Shown one piece after another: positions 1-8,083 of a DNA stretch of 33,909 nucleotides. The notes beneath the pieces were generated by a model. The model did not search any database, was not told the DNA's origin, and worked only from the letters and a program-made list of their open reading frames with translations. Both the position numbers and the translations under genes were made by a program. Positions within the stretch are counted from its first letter, which is position 1, and each line of letters begins with the position of its first letter. This stretch comes from an uncultured Anaerolineaceae bacterium (GTDB lineage: Bacteria; Chloroflexota; Limnocylindria; Limnocylindrales; CSP1-4): positions 1 through 33,909 of the forward strand of contig CAZXLP010000001.1 of NCBI GenBank assembly GCA_964642085.1, read 5' to 3'.

Positions 1-467
1 TCCGACGACTTCATGTGCCGGAATTCACCCAAAAGCTACCGTCGGCGCGCCCTTCGGAACATCGGCCGGATCACTGAGGGCGCACTGAGGAATGTGCCTT
101 GGGACCTTCGGCGGCAGGTCGCCAGGACCAGCTCGAACATTCAGACCGGCGGCGCACCCGACGGACGGCGAAACATTCGCGGCGCGTACGCTCCCCCGGT
201 GACCCGGGCGGATGCCCTTCTCGGCAACGTCCGCGAGGTATTGGGCAACCGCGCGGCTACGAAGTAACTCGCCGGCGACGCGCGATCCACCAGGCGGCCA
301 AGTCAGGACAGGTGACACGGAGCCACCAGGTCGATTGGTGGCTCGTGTGCCCCAGTACCTTCGTCCTGCGGCGCCGGCAGGCCCGCGCGGGCTACGGTTC
401 GCGGGACGGGCAGCAGATGGCGGTGCGAACGACAAGCCGCTCCGCCGCCCGAAGGTGAGGATCTGCG

Positions 468-860
468 ATGCCTGGCCAAACCGACGTTTTCGCCGGCCTT
501 GAGCCGCTGTTCGCCGCCGAGCGAGAGAGGAGGCTGGACTCAATGGAGTCGGCCGTGCATGCCCTCGCCGACGCGCACACACCCACGGATCGCATCCGTG
601 CGATCACCATCCTTGCTCGCGGCGCGCACAGCCTCAAGGGAGCCGCGCAGATCGAGGCGAGGCAGGAGCTGTCTGATCTGACCGTCGCTCTCGAGCGCCG
701 GCTCAACGACAAAGCCGCACGAGAGGGACTGGATATCGTCGCGGCAGAAGTCGATCTGCTGCTGCGAACCGTGAGCACGCTCCGCCTGCTTAGCCGAGGC
801 ACACCAGCCGGGGCGACCCTAGCGCGGACGATGGCCGAGCTTGGGGACCTGCCTACGTGA
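468..860 (+). CDS. Hpt (histidine phosphotransfer) domain protein
   Basis: 130-aa ORF. ARGAHSLKGAAQ matches the H-x-x-K-G phospho-accepting helix of Hpt domains. Helical composition. Lies directly upstream of receiver and kinase genes. Confidence 0.7.
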   Translation: MPGQTDVFAGLEPLFAAERERRLDSMESAVHALADAHTPTDRIRAITILARGAHSLKGAAQIEARQELSDLTVALERRLNDKAAREGLDIVAAEVDLLLRTVSTLRLLSRGTPAGATLARTMAELGDLPT

Positions 861-909
861 GCGCGGACGATCGAAGCGGCTTTCACCGGTGATCGAACCA
901 CGGCCCGGC

Positions 910-1956
910 ATGCGACCGCGGCGCGTCACGATCGCCGATGACGACGCCGGCTCGCGCGCACTCCTGCGCGCAATCCTCGAACAGGAGGGTTGCTCGGTCA
1001 GGGAAAGTGCCGACGGGGCGAGTACGCTCAGGCTGGTCGCCGACGAGGTTCCGGAAGCGCTGCTCCTCGATGTCGGTATGCCGCCGCCCGACGGCATCGA
1101 GGTCACCCGCCAGCTCAGACGGCGTTTCAGCGATCCGGAGCTGCCGATCATCCTCGTCACCGGATATCACGCAACGGCTACCAAGATCGCCGGTCTCGAG
1201 GCCGGCGCGAGCGACTTCGTCACGAAGCCCTACGAGCCCACCGAGTTGGTCGCCCGCGTCCGCGCGGCGCTACGCACACGCGCCGCGTTCGATCGCCTCG
1301 AGTCGGCGCAGAGCGTGATCGCCGCTCTCGCCAACGCGGTAGAAGCCAAGGACCCAACGACCGAGCAGCACTGCAGTCGCCTGGCTGAGCTTGCGCTCGG
1401 CGTCGCGCGACGCATCGATGTCGATGCCGAGATCCTGGAAGCCATCGCATTCGGTGCCGTTCTGCATGACGTCGGCAAGATCGGCGTGCGTGAGTCGATC
1501 ATTCGCAAACTGGGCGCGCTGGACGAAGACGAATGGATCGAGATGCGCAGGCACCCGGTCATCGGCGCCGCGATCGTCGAACCGCTACGCATGGGCATGC
1601 TGGTTGCCCCGATCGTGCGCGGGCATCACGAGCGCTGGGATGGGCGGGGATACCCGGATGGCCTGGTTGGCACCGGCATCCCGCTGGGGGCGCGGATCGT
1701 TGGTGTCGTCGACGCCTATGACGCGATGGTGCATGACCGCCCCTACCGGCCAGCACTGAGCGAGGACGAGGCGCGCAGCCAGGTGCTCGCAAACCGCGGC
1801 AGCCAATTCGACCCGGAACTCGCCCAGGTGTTTCTCGCCTACCTCGACCAGCGCGACGGGTTCGACATCACCTCTCCGGCCGGCGCCGGCGATATTTGGA
1901 CTGTCACCCGGGGGCTGATAAAAGAGCCGTCCCCGGCGCATAGAGGAGGCGGCTGA
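910..1956 (+). CDS. response regulator with HD-GYP (c-di-GMP phosphodiesterase-type) output domain
   Basis: ORF 841..1956 trimmed to ATG 910 (MRPRRVTIADDD). CheY-like receiver (LLLDVGMPPPDG, KPY) followed by HD-GYP motifs HDVGKIG and HHERWDGRGYPDGL. Confidence 0.85.
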   Translation: MRPRRVTIADDDAGSRALLRAILEQEGCSVRESADGASTLRLVADEVPEALLLDVGMPPPDGIEVTRQLRRRFSDPELPIILVTGYHATATKIAGLEAGASDFVTKPYEPTELVARVRAALRTRAAFDRLESAQSVIAALANAVEAKDPTTEQHCSRLAELALGVARRIDVDAEILEAIAFGAVLHDVGKIGVRESIIRKLGALDEDEWIEMRRHPVIGAAIVEPLRMGMLVAPIVRGHHERWDGRGYPDGLVGTGIPLGARIVGVVDAYDAMVHDRPYRPALSEDEARSQVLANRGSQFDPELAQVFLAYLDQRDGFDITSPAGAGDIWTVTRGLIKEPSPAHRGGG

Positions 1957-1958
1957 CC

Positions 1959-4646
1959 GTGGACCTGATCGAGATCCCCATCGCGTCGAGCCTGTTCGTA
2001 CTGCTGTTTGCGGCCAGCGTGATCGGATACCTGCGCCGCCGTGGCGCCCTTGCCGGTGCCGTCGTGCTGGTGTTTGCGGCCAGCGCGCCGGTGTTCATCG
2101 GCCGCCTGCTTGACCTCGTTTTGGCCGTCGACCTGCCTGCGCCGCTCGCGAGCCTCTCGATTCTCGGACTCCTTGCGCAGCCCGTGCTCACCCTCCGGCT
2201 TGCGGGCATGCTGCACCCCGTTCCACGCAGGATCAAGTGGCTGGCCGTAGGCGGCTACATCGCGACGGCCGTGCCGATCGTGGTCCTGCCCAGCCCGCCT
2301 CCCGTGGTCCTGACCCTCGCGGCTGTCGCCGTCTACGGGGCAACGGCTCTAGCGGCGGCGATCGTCTTCGCGCTGGCCGCACGCCGCCGCACGGGCAGCG
2401 CGAAAGCACGACTGTTCGTCGTCAGCGGCGCCACCATCCTCATGGCCGCGACACTGCTGCTCGCCGGGGCCGCCGCGGCGCTGCCCGGCGATTCCGCGCT
2501 TATCCAGGGTCTCTCTCGTTATGGCGTGTTGGTCGCGGCGCTTACGTACGCGGCGGCTTTCATGGCGCCCGGCTGGCTGCGCCGCAACTGGCAGGCCCGT
2601 GCGGGTTACGACCTCAGCAGGCGCCTCCTGTCGACGTCGGCCGAATCAGATCCCGCGATCACCTGGCTGCGCTTCGCGGAATTGGCAGCTCGAGCGGCGG
2701 GCGTGAGCGGAGCGGTTGTCCTGCTCGGGAATACCGAGCACGGTGCCCGGGCGGTGGCGCATGTTGGCGACGCGGTGACGGACCAGGATGTATGGGACGG
2801 TGTCGAATTCGGCTTCCTCCTCGCGCAGGCGGAGCAGATCCACCAGGTTTCGTCCGCTCGTGCTGCGCCGGCAATTCGTGCGTTCGTCGAGAAGGGAGCC
2901 ACCCGCTACGTGACGCTCGTCGGCTTCGACGCCCCCCGCGATGACAAAGGCCTGCTCGTCCTGGCCGGTGAACGCCGATCCCTGTTCGCCCATGACGACC
3001 GCGAGGTCTTCGAGATCGTCGGCGTCGAGGCCGCGGTATTGGCGGATCGGGCCAGGACGTCGGCCGAACGCGCGGAGCTGGCTGAAACCCTGCGAACGAC
3101 TGTCGAGGCGCTCAGCACCGCGAGCCAGGCGAAAAGCGATTTTCTGGCCAGCATGAGCCATGAGCTGCGCACGCCTCTGAACGCAATTCTTGGGTTCAGC
3201 GACCTCATGCGACTCGAACCCGAGACCGACGGCCGGCGAAACGTGCCGGCCGAATGGATCGACCATGTCCGCGTTGCGGGCCAGCACCTGCTCGGGCTGA
3301 TCAACGACGTGCTGGACCTGGCCAAGGTCGAGGCCGGCCGCCTCGAACTGCGCATCGAGCGACTCGTTCCCGCGGCGGCCATTGGCAACGCTGTGGGCGA
3401 GCTGCGACCGCTGGCGCTCCAGAAAGGAATCGCCCTGACGACGGACGTAGACCTGCCTGAGATAAACGCGGACAGGAGCCGCCTGCGCCAGATCCTTTAC
3501 AACCTACTTTCGAACGCGATCAAGTACACACCGGACGGCGGTACGGTGCGGATCGAGGGCCATGCCAGCGATTCGGCCGTCCACATCTCGATAGTGGATT
3601 CCGGCGTCGGAATTGCCGCCGAAGATCACGAGCGTGTTTTCGAGGAGTTCACGCAGGTAGGCGATCCGCAAAGCCGTCAGGCCGGCACGGGCCTCGGTCT
3701 CGCACTGACGCGGCGGTTGGTCGAAGCGCACGGAGGCCACATGGAGCTCGAATCGGCGATAGGCAGCGGCAGTCGATTCACGATCGTCCTGCCGCTTGCC
3801 ACGGCTTCGGCCTCGCCAGTCGCGGCTCAGGTCGTGCCCCGGTCCACGATCCCGGAGGATGCCGGCCAAGCGAGGCCTGCGTCGCACGGCGGCGTGCTGG
3901 TGATCGAGGACGATCCTCAGGCCGTCGCGCTGTTGCGTAGCTATCTGGAGCCGGACGGCTACGTACTCAGTGCGGCGGGCGACGGTGTGCTCGGCATCGC
4001 AGCCGCTCGCAAGCAGCGGCCCGCCGCAATCCTGCTCGACGTGCTGTTGCCCGGCGTCGATGGCTGGGAGGTGTTGCGCCGGTTAAAGGCCGATGAGGAT
4101 CTTCGTGGGATCCCTGTACTGATGATCACTGTCGTCGACGACCGGGATGTCGGCCTGGCTCTCGGAGCCGTGGATTACCTGATCAAGCCGGTCGAGCGCA
4201 ATGCGCTGCTGGCGGCCCTCCGACGACACGTGCCGGACCTCGCCGGACCGGCTCGTCCACGCGTGCTCGCGGCTGACGACGATCCGGCGGCACTCGCGCT
4301 CGTGCAGGCGGCACTCGAATCGGAGGGTTGCGAAGTCGTCCTCGCCCACGGCGGTCGGGAAGCCGTGTATGCAGCCAGCGATGCGCCGTTTGATCTGATC
4401 ATCTGCGACATCGTCATGCCCGACCTGGATGGTTTCGAAGTCGTAGCACAGTTGAAGGCGGCCAGGCGCACGCGAGAGACGCCGATCCTCATCCTCACGG
4501 CGCAGACGCTCGACGAAACAGACAAGGCGCGCCTGAACGGCAAGATCATCGGCATCTGCGAGAAGGGCGAGGATGCGGCTGAACATCTTAGGGCATGGCT
4601 CCAATCCGTCGCGCCACGTCGTCAGGAGCGTGAGAGCGCCGCGTGA
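1959..4646 (+). CDS. hybrid sensor histidine kinase with two C-terminal receiver domains
   Basis: GTG 1959 preceded by GAGGAGG (1943-1949). Multi-TM N-terminus, H-box SHELRTPLNAILGF, ATPase boxes (LLSNAIKYTP, DSGVGI, GTGLGLAL), then two receivers (VLVIEDD..LLDVLLPGVDG..KP and VLAADDD..ICDIVMPDLDG). Confidence 0.9.
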   Translation: MDLIEIPIASSLFVLLFAASVIGYLRRRGALAGAVVLVFAASAPVFIGRLLDLVLAVDLPAPLASLSILGLLAQPVLTLRLAGMLHPVPRRIKWLAVGGYIATAVPIVVLPSPPPVVLTLAAVAVYGATALAAAIVFALAARRRTGSAKARLFVVSGATILMAATLLLAGAAAALPGDSALIQGLSRYGVLVAALTYAAAFMAPGWLRRNWQARAGYDLSRRLLSTSAESDPAITWLRFAELAARAAGVSGAVVLLGNTEHGARAVAHVGDAVTDQDVWDGVEFGFLLAQAEQIHQVSSARAAPAIRAFVEKGATRYVTLVGFDAPRDDKGLLVLAGERRSLFAHDDREVFEIVGVEAAVLADRARTSAERAELAETLRTTVEALSTASQAKSDFLASMSHELRTPLNAILGFSDLMRLEPETDGRRNVPAEWIDHVRVAGQHLLGLINDVLDLAKVEAGRLELRIERLVPAAAIGNAVGELRPLALQKGIALTTDVDLPEINADRSRLRQILYNLLSNAIKYTPDGGTVRIEGHASDSAVHISIVDSGVGIAAEDHERVFEEFTQVGDPQSRQAGTGLGLALTRRLVEAHGGHMELESAIGSGSRFTIVLPLATASASPVAAQVVPRSTIPEDAGQARPASHGGVLVIEDDPQAVALLRSYLEPDGYVLSAAGDGVLGIAAARKQRPAAILLDVLLPGVDGWEVLRRLKADEDLRGIPVLMITVVDDRDVGLALGAVDYLIKPVERNALLAALRRHVPDLAGPARPRVLAADDDPAALALVQAALESEGCEVVLAHGGREAVYAASDAPFDLIICDIVMPDLDGFEVVAQLKAARRTRETPILILTAQTLDETDKARLNGKIIGICEKGEDAAEHLRAWLQSVAPRRQERESAA

Positions 4647-5074
4647 ACGCTTCGCGTGGGCGGCGGCTGAGAATCCTGTCGGTCGAGGATGAAGTCCTCA
4701 ATCGCGCACTGCTTCGTGCCGTCCTGGAGCGTGCCTCGGATCGCCGTCTCCGCGACGCCGAGCTGGTCGAGGCCACGACCCTCGCCGAGGGACGCAGTCG
4801 GGCGGCCCAGTCCGAGCACGACCTGGTCCTTCTCGACAGGCGCCTTCCTGACGGCGACGGATTCGACCTGGCCCGCGAACTCAGAGCCATGCGCACGGCG
4901 GTCCGCCCGATCATCGTTGCACTGACTGCCGATGCCGTTCCTGCAACGCGAACGGCGGCAGTGGACGCCGGCTGTACCGCGATCGTGGTCAAACCGTACC
5001 GGCCGTCGGAATTGACCGCCGTGATCGGGCAGCTTCTGGACGCCCACGAGGCGGGCTCGAGCACCTTGCAATGA
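4643..5074 (+). CDS. single-domain response regulator (receiver only)
   Basis: GTG 4643 overlaps the kinase stop (GTGA). Receiver signature ILSVEDE..LLDRRLPDGDG..VKPY. Confidence 0.8.
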   Translation: MNASRGRRLRILSVEDEVLNRALLRAVLERASDRRLRDAELVEATTLAEGRSRAAQSEHDLVLLDRRLPDGDGFDLARELRAMRTAVRPIIVALTADAVPATRTAAVDAGCTAIVVKPYRPSELTAVIGQLLDAHEAGSSTLQ

Positions 5075-5778
5075 CCCTGCCCGGTGAACAGGATCGCCCC
5101 GCGATCACGGTTGTCGTCGTGGACGATCAGCAGATCGTCCTGGCCGGCGTCGCAGCCGTAATCTCCACCCAGCCCGACCTTCGCGTCGTAGGCACGGCCG
5201 GCGATCTCCAGACCGCCGTCGAGCTGATCGCCCGAGTCCAGCCGGACGTCGTCCTGAGCGACATCCAACTGGGCGACCAGTCCGGTCTCGAATTGCTGGA
5301 CTACTTTCCTCATGCTCGCCCGCCGATCATCATGCTGAGCGCCTTCGAGCATGCGACCTACTACCAGGTAGCTTTCGAGCGCGGCGCGGCAGGCTTCGTT
5401 CTCAAGGCGGCGCTCGTGGAACAGCTCACCGATGCACTGCGGACCGTCGCGGGTGGCGGGCTCGCATTTGCCGCTCATGCGTTGCATGTGCGGCGAGGAG
5501 CAGTGAAGACACCCTCCAGGCGTGAGCTGGGCGTGATCCAACTGGTTGCCCAGGGTTCCTCCAACGACGAGATCGCGCAGCAGTTGGCGATCAGCGCCAA
5601 GACTGTTGACAGCCACCTGCGGGTTCTCTTCGATCGTTACGGAGCGGTCAGCCGCACCGAGCTGGCGATGCGCGCCGTCCGTGAAGGCTGGCTTCGCACG
5701 ACGGCCACCAGCGCACCTCGCGCGCAACACGGGCCGCGAGATTGGATGATTGACGAGAAGATCGTCAGGACCCGGTAA
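5071..5778 (+). CDS. NarL/FixJ (LuxR-type HTH) response regulator
   Basis: ATG 5071 overlaps the upstream stop (ATGA). Receiver (VVVVDDQ..LSDIQLGDQSG) plus C-terminal LuxR HTH (ELGVIQLVAQGSSNDEIAQQLAISAKTVDSHLRVLFDRYG). Confidence 0.85.
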   Translation: MTLPGEQDRPAITVVVVDDQQIVLAGVAAVISTQPDLRVVGTAGDLQTAVELIARVQPDVVLSDIQLGDQSGLELLDYFPHARPPIIMLSAFEHATYYQVAFERGAAGFVLKAALVEQLTDALRTVAGGGLAFAAHALHVRRGAVKTPSRRELGVIQLVAQGSSNDEIAQQLAISAKTVDSHLRVLFDRYGAVSRTELAMRAVREGWLRTTATSAPRAQHGPRDWMIDEKIVRTR

Positions 5779-6277
5779 CCCGCGTAGCGGTGTAGGTCCA
5801 GGCCACATTCACCGTCAAGCCACCGAGGTCGGCATCTCCTGACGACGGCAGGTGCATGTCGACGATCAATTCCTCGAGCTCTCCCGCCGAGAGAAGGCGT
5901 CCATCGAAACCGGCCCCGGCCAACGCCCCGTGGTACAACGACTCGCCGGTGTCCGCGTCCGTGATCTGCACAACGATTTGGCTGGCCAGGTGTTCCGAGC
6001 CACCGACCGATGTACGCAGGGCAAACACCGCGTCGAAATCGACCATTGCGACGACCGACTGCCGAAGGTGATCGCCGGCCATGAGCTCGCCCGCGCTGAA
6101 CTGCCCCTTGGTGATCGTCAAGTTCGGCCGGGGATCGTCGGCGACCATTCCGGCGGTCACGTCTTCCACGCCCACGATCAAGCAGAGCAGGGAACCGAGT
6201 ACGAGCCCGGTTGCGCCGACCAATGCGAGAAAGTTGCGTGACGTTCCGCCGACCAGACGGTGTGAGGTCCTTTTCAT
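5765..6277 (-). CDS. hypothetical exported protein
   Basis: 170-aa ORF with a basic N-terminus and hydrophobic helix (signal peptide or anchor), then a beta-rich body. The N-terminal layout loosely resembles TasA/camelysin-type exported proteins (weak). The 3' end overlaps the convergent regulator by 14 nt. Confidence 0.45.
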   Translation of the reverse strand: MKRTSHRLVGGTSRNFLALVGATGLVLGSLLCLIVGVEDVTAGMVADDPRPNLTITKGQFSAGELMAGDHLRQSVVAMVDFDAVFALRTSVGGSEHLASQIVVQITDADTGESLYHGALAGAGFDGRLLSAGELEELIVDMHLPSSGDADLGGLTVNVAWTYTATRVTGS

Positions 6278-6379
6278 GGGAACATCGTCGGTGGCCGGTA
6301 GCGGTATCGCTATCGCGCGTCACACCGGGGCACGACCCGGGAATTCTCCTTGGTACTTCCGCTGGTCTGGGCTCCACGA

Positions 6380-7054
6380 TCAGCGCCCGCCGAAGCCATG
6401 CTCGCCGAGCAGCGGCACAAAGACCGCCGGCTCGATCGGTTCCTGCGTGAAGCCGTCTTCCGTGCGCCGGACGAGGGTGATGAGCTGTTCGAATCGAGTG
6501 CCGATCGGAATGACCAGCCGACCATCAGGCAGGAGCTGCTCGACCAGCGGCACGGGGATCTGCGGTGCGGCGGCTGCAACGACGATGCCTGCGAACGGCG
6601 CCTCATCGGGCGCACCCGCGCTCCCGTCGCCGACCCGGACGTCGACCTGGTAACCGAGCTCCAGCAACGTCCGACGAGCGCGTTCCGCCAGCTCTGCCTC
6701 CAACTCGATCGAAACGACCCGCGCACCCATCTCGGCAAGGATCGCGGCCTGGTAGCCGGAGCCGGTGCCGACGTCGAGGACCTTCGGTTGTTCGCCGCCG
6801 TGGGCCTCGCGCCACGACCCCAGCGCCAGCACCTCAGTCATGCGCGCGACGATATACGGCTGGCTGATCGTCTGTCCCCGCCCGATCGGTAGGGCCCCGT
6901 CGTCATACGCCAGGTACCGAAGCTCGGGTGGCACGAACTGCTCACGTGGCACCGCGCGCATCGCACGGATCACCTCCGGATCACTGACCCCTCGCCGCTC
7001 CAGCTGCTCCGCTATCCAGTCGTAGCCGTTCGACCGACGCATCCAGCGGCGCAT
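6380..7054 (-). CDS. pcm: protein-L-isoaspartate O-methyltransferase
   Basis: Last 225 codons of ORF 6380..7360. Motifs VPREQFVP, GQTISQPYIVARM and SAM-binding VLDVGTGSGYQAAILA. Start set at ATG 7054 (alternative 7042). The longer 5' extension is a shadow of the neighbouring repeat-containing gene. Confidence 0.9.
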   Translation of the reverse strand: MRRWMRRSNGYDWIAEQLERRGVSDPEVIRAMRAVPREQFVPPELRYLAYDDGALPIGRGQTISQPYIVARMTEVLALGSWREAHGGEQPKVLDVGTGSGYQAAILAEMGARVVSIELEAELAERARRTLLELGYQVDVRVGDGSAGAPDEAPFAGIVVAAAAPQIPVPLVEQLLPDGRLVIPIGTRFEQLITLVRRTEDGFTQEPIEPAVFVPLLGEHGFGGR

Positions 7055-7064
7055 AGGCCTGGTC

Positions 7065-7652
7065 CTAGCTCGGACCCGCGCTCGGAGTTCCTGTCGGAGC
7101 AGGGGTGGGTGAGGGAGCCAGGCTCGGTGACGGCGCCCCGCTGGGCGAGGTGGCAGGGCTGCCCGATGTCGCTGGGCTGCCCGAGGTGGCAGGGCTGCCC
7201 GATGTCGCTGGGCTGCCCGATGCACTGGGTGTGCCGGATGGTGCCGGCGTCCTGCTGGGGACCGGGCTGGGCGACAGGCTCGGCGCTGGGGATGGGGTCG
7301 GCTCGGGTGACGGGGTCGCAGTGAGGAACCCGCCCCCGCCGAACAGGAAGCCGTAGGCAAGGATGAGCGCGAAGACGGCGACGATCAGGCCGACCCACAC
7401 CTTCGACACTCGGTCGTCGAAGTACGGCAGCTCGTCCACCACAGCCGCCGGTGTCGTCGAGATCTTTCCCGAGCGATCCCGCGAAGCGGCCGGCTTCGAT
7501 AAAGGAACCGGCGGCGCCGTATCGCCTCCAAGACTCTCCTCGGCCTCGTCGAACCCCTCGGCTTCATCGGGCTCGGCCGCCGCCTCCCCGACGGCGTCCG
7601 CATCGGTCGCCTCAGGCTCGTCGGTCTCTTCCGGCCGCTTGGGGTCGGTCAT
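7065..7652 (-). CDS. membrane protein with acidic N-terminus and Pro/Ser/Thr-rich repeat tail
   Basis: 195-aa ORF. One TM helix (VWVGLIVAVFALILAYGFLF). Tail contains (SGSPAT)x4. Its start overlaps the upstream stop (ATGA). Confidence 0.6.
   Translation of the reverse strand: MTDPKRPEETDEPEATDADAVGEAAAEPDEAEGFDEAEESLGGDTAPPVPLSKPAASRDRSGKISTTPAAVVDELPYFDDRVSKVWVGLIVAVFALILAYGFLFGGGGFLTATPSPEPTPSPAPSLSPSPVPSRTPAPSGTPSASGSPATSGSPATSGSPATSGSPATSPSGAPSPSLAPSPTPAPTGTPSAGPS
7147..7218. repeat. perfect 2 x 36-bp tandem repeat (each unit is two diverged 18-bp subunits)
   Basis: gaggtggcagggctgcccgatgtcgctgggctgccc occurs twice back to back without mismatch. It encodes the SGSPAT repeats on the minus strand. 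Confidence 0.9.
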
Positions 7653-8053
7653 CCCAGGATTGCCCTCCTCAGTTCGATCGCCCGCATGATCAGGCGGGCG
7701 GCCGATTTCAGTCTCTTCACGCCCGCTCGGGCGCCTTCCAATCTCGCTCGCGTTGCGTCGAGCCCCGCCCGACGTTGTGCCAGGGTCCCCTCGATGCGCT
7801 CTGCCTGCTCGTCGAAACGGGCAATCACCCAGCCCGCGTGTTCGACCGCGGCCCCACGCTCGGCCAGCACTGCGCGAGCAGACGAAAGAGCCAGCGGCAG
7901 CGTCAATGCTCGCTCATCCAGACTGGCTGCCACGCGGGTGAGGCCAGTCTGCGCAGCGCTCACTCGCCGCCAGAGCAGCGCCGCGCCAAGCAGCGCCACG
8001 GCGGCAGCCACGACGAGCGCAACAGTAGTGGGAATCAGGTAGTCGGCCAGCAC
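7649..8053 (-). CDS. hypothetical membrane-anchored helical protein
   Basis: GTG 8053. N-terminal TM helix, then an Ala/Arg-rich helical region. Stop overlaps the next start. Confidence 0.5.
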   Translation of the reverse strand: MLADYLIPTTVALVVAAAVALLGAALLWRRVSAAQTGLTRVAASLDERALTLPLALSSARAVLAERGAAVEHAGWVIARFDEQAERIEGTLAQRRAGLDATRARLEGARAGVKRLKSAARLIMRAIELRRAILG

Positions 8054-8083
8054 TTCGAACCGATTATGTCAGCCGGTTGCCGC

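Noticed and set aside
1-267. Frame-1 ORF open at the window start and ending at TAA 265-267 (..ALRNVPWDLRRQVARTSSNIQTGG..), a possible 3' end of an upstream gene
   Set aside because: GC3 is only moderately elevated, the sequence is Arg-rich, no family is recognisable, and several overlapping shadow ORFs exist. The evidence is too weak to call.
25-582. 185-aa minus-strand ORF at the left edge
   Set aside because: It has the Arg/Pro/Gly-rich composition typical of antisense shadow frames in high-GC DNA, and it overlaps the well-supported Hpt gene.
4588-5808. 406-aa minus-strand ORF antisense to the two response-regulator genes
   Set aside because: It is a shadow ORF opposite two genes with clear receiver and HTH motifs, with an Arg-rich low-complexity translation.
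7055-7360. N-terminal 100-aa extension of the pcm ORF containing the AAQRHRAALPPR repeat
   Set aside because: It is the antisense/off-frame reading of the SGSPAT repeat gene (7065-7652). pcm homology begins only after ATG 7054.
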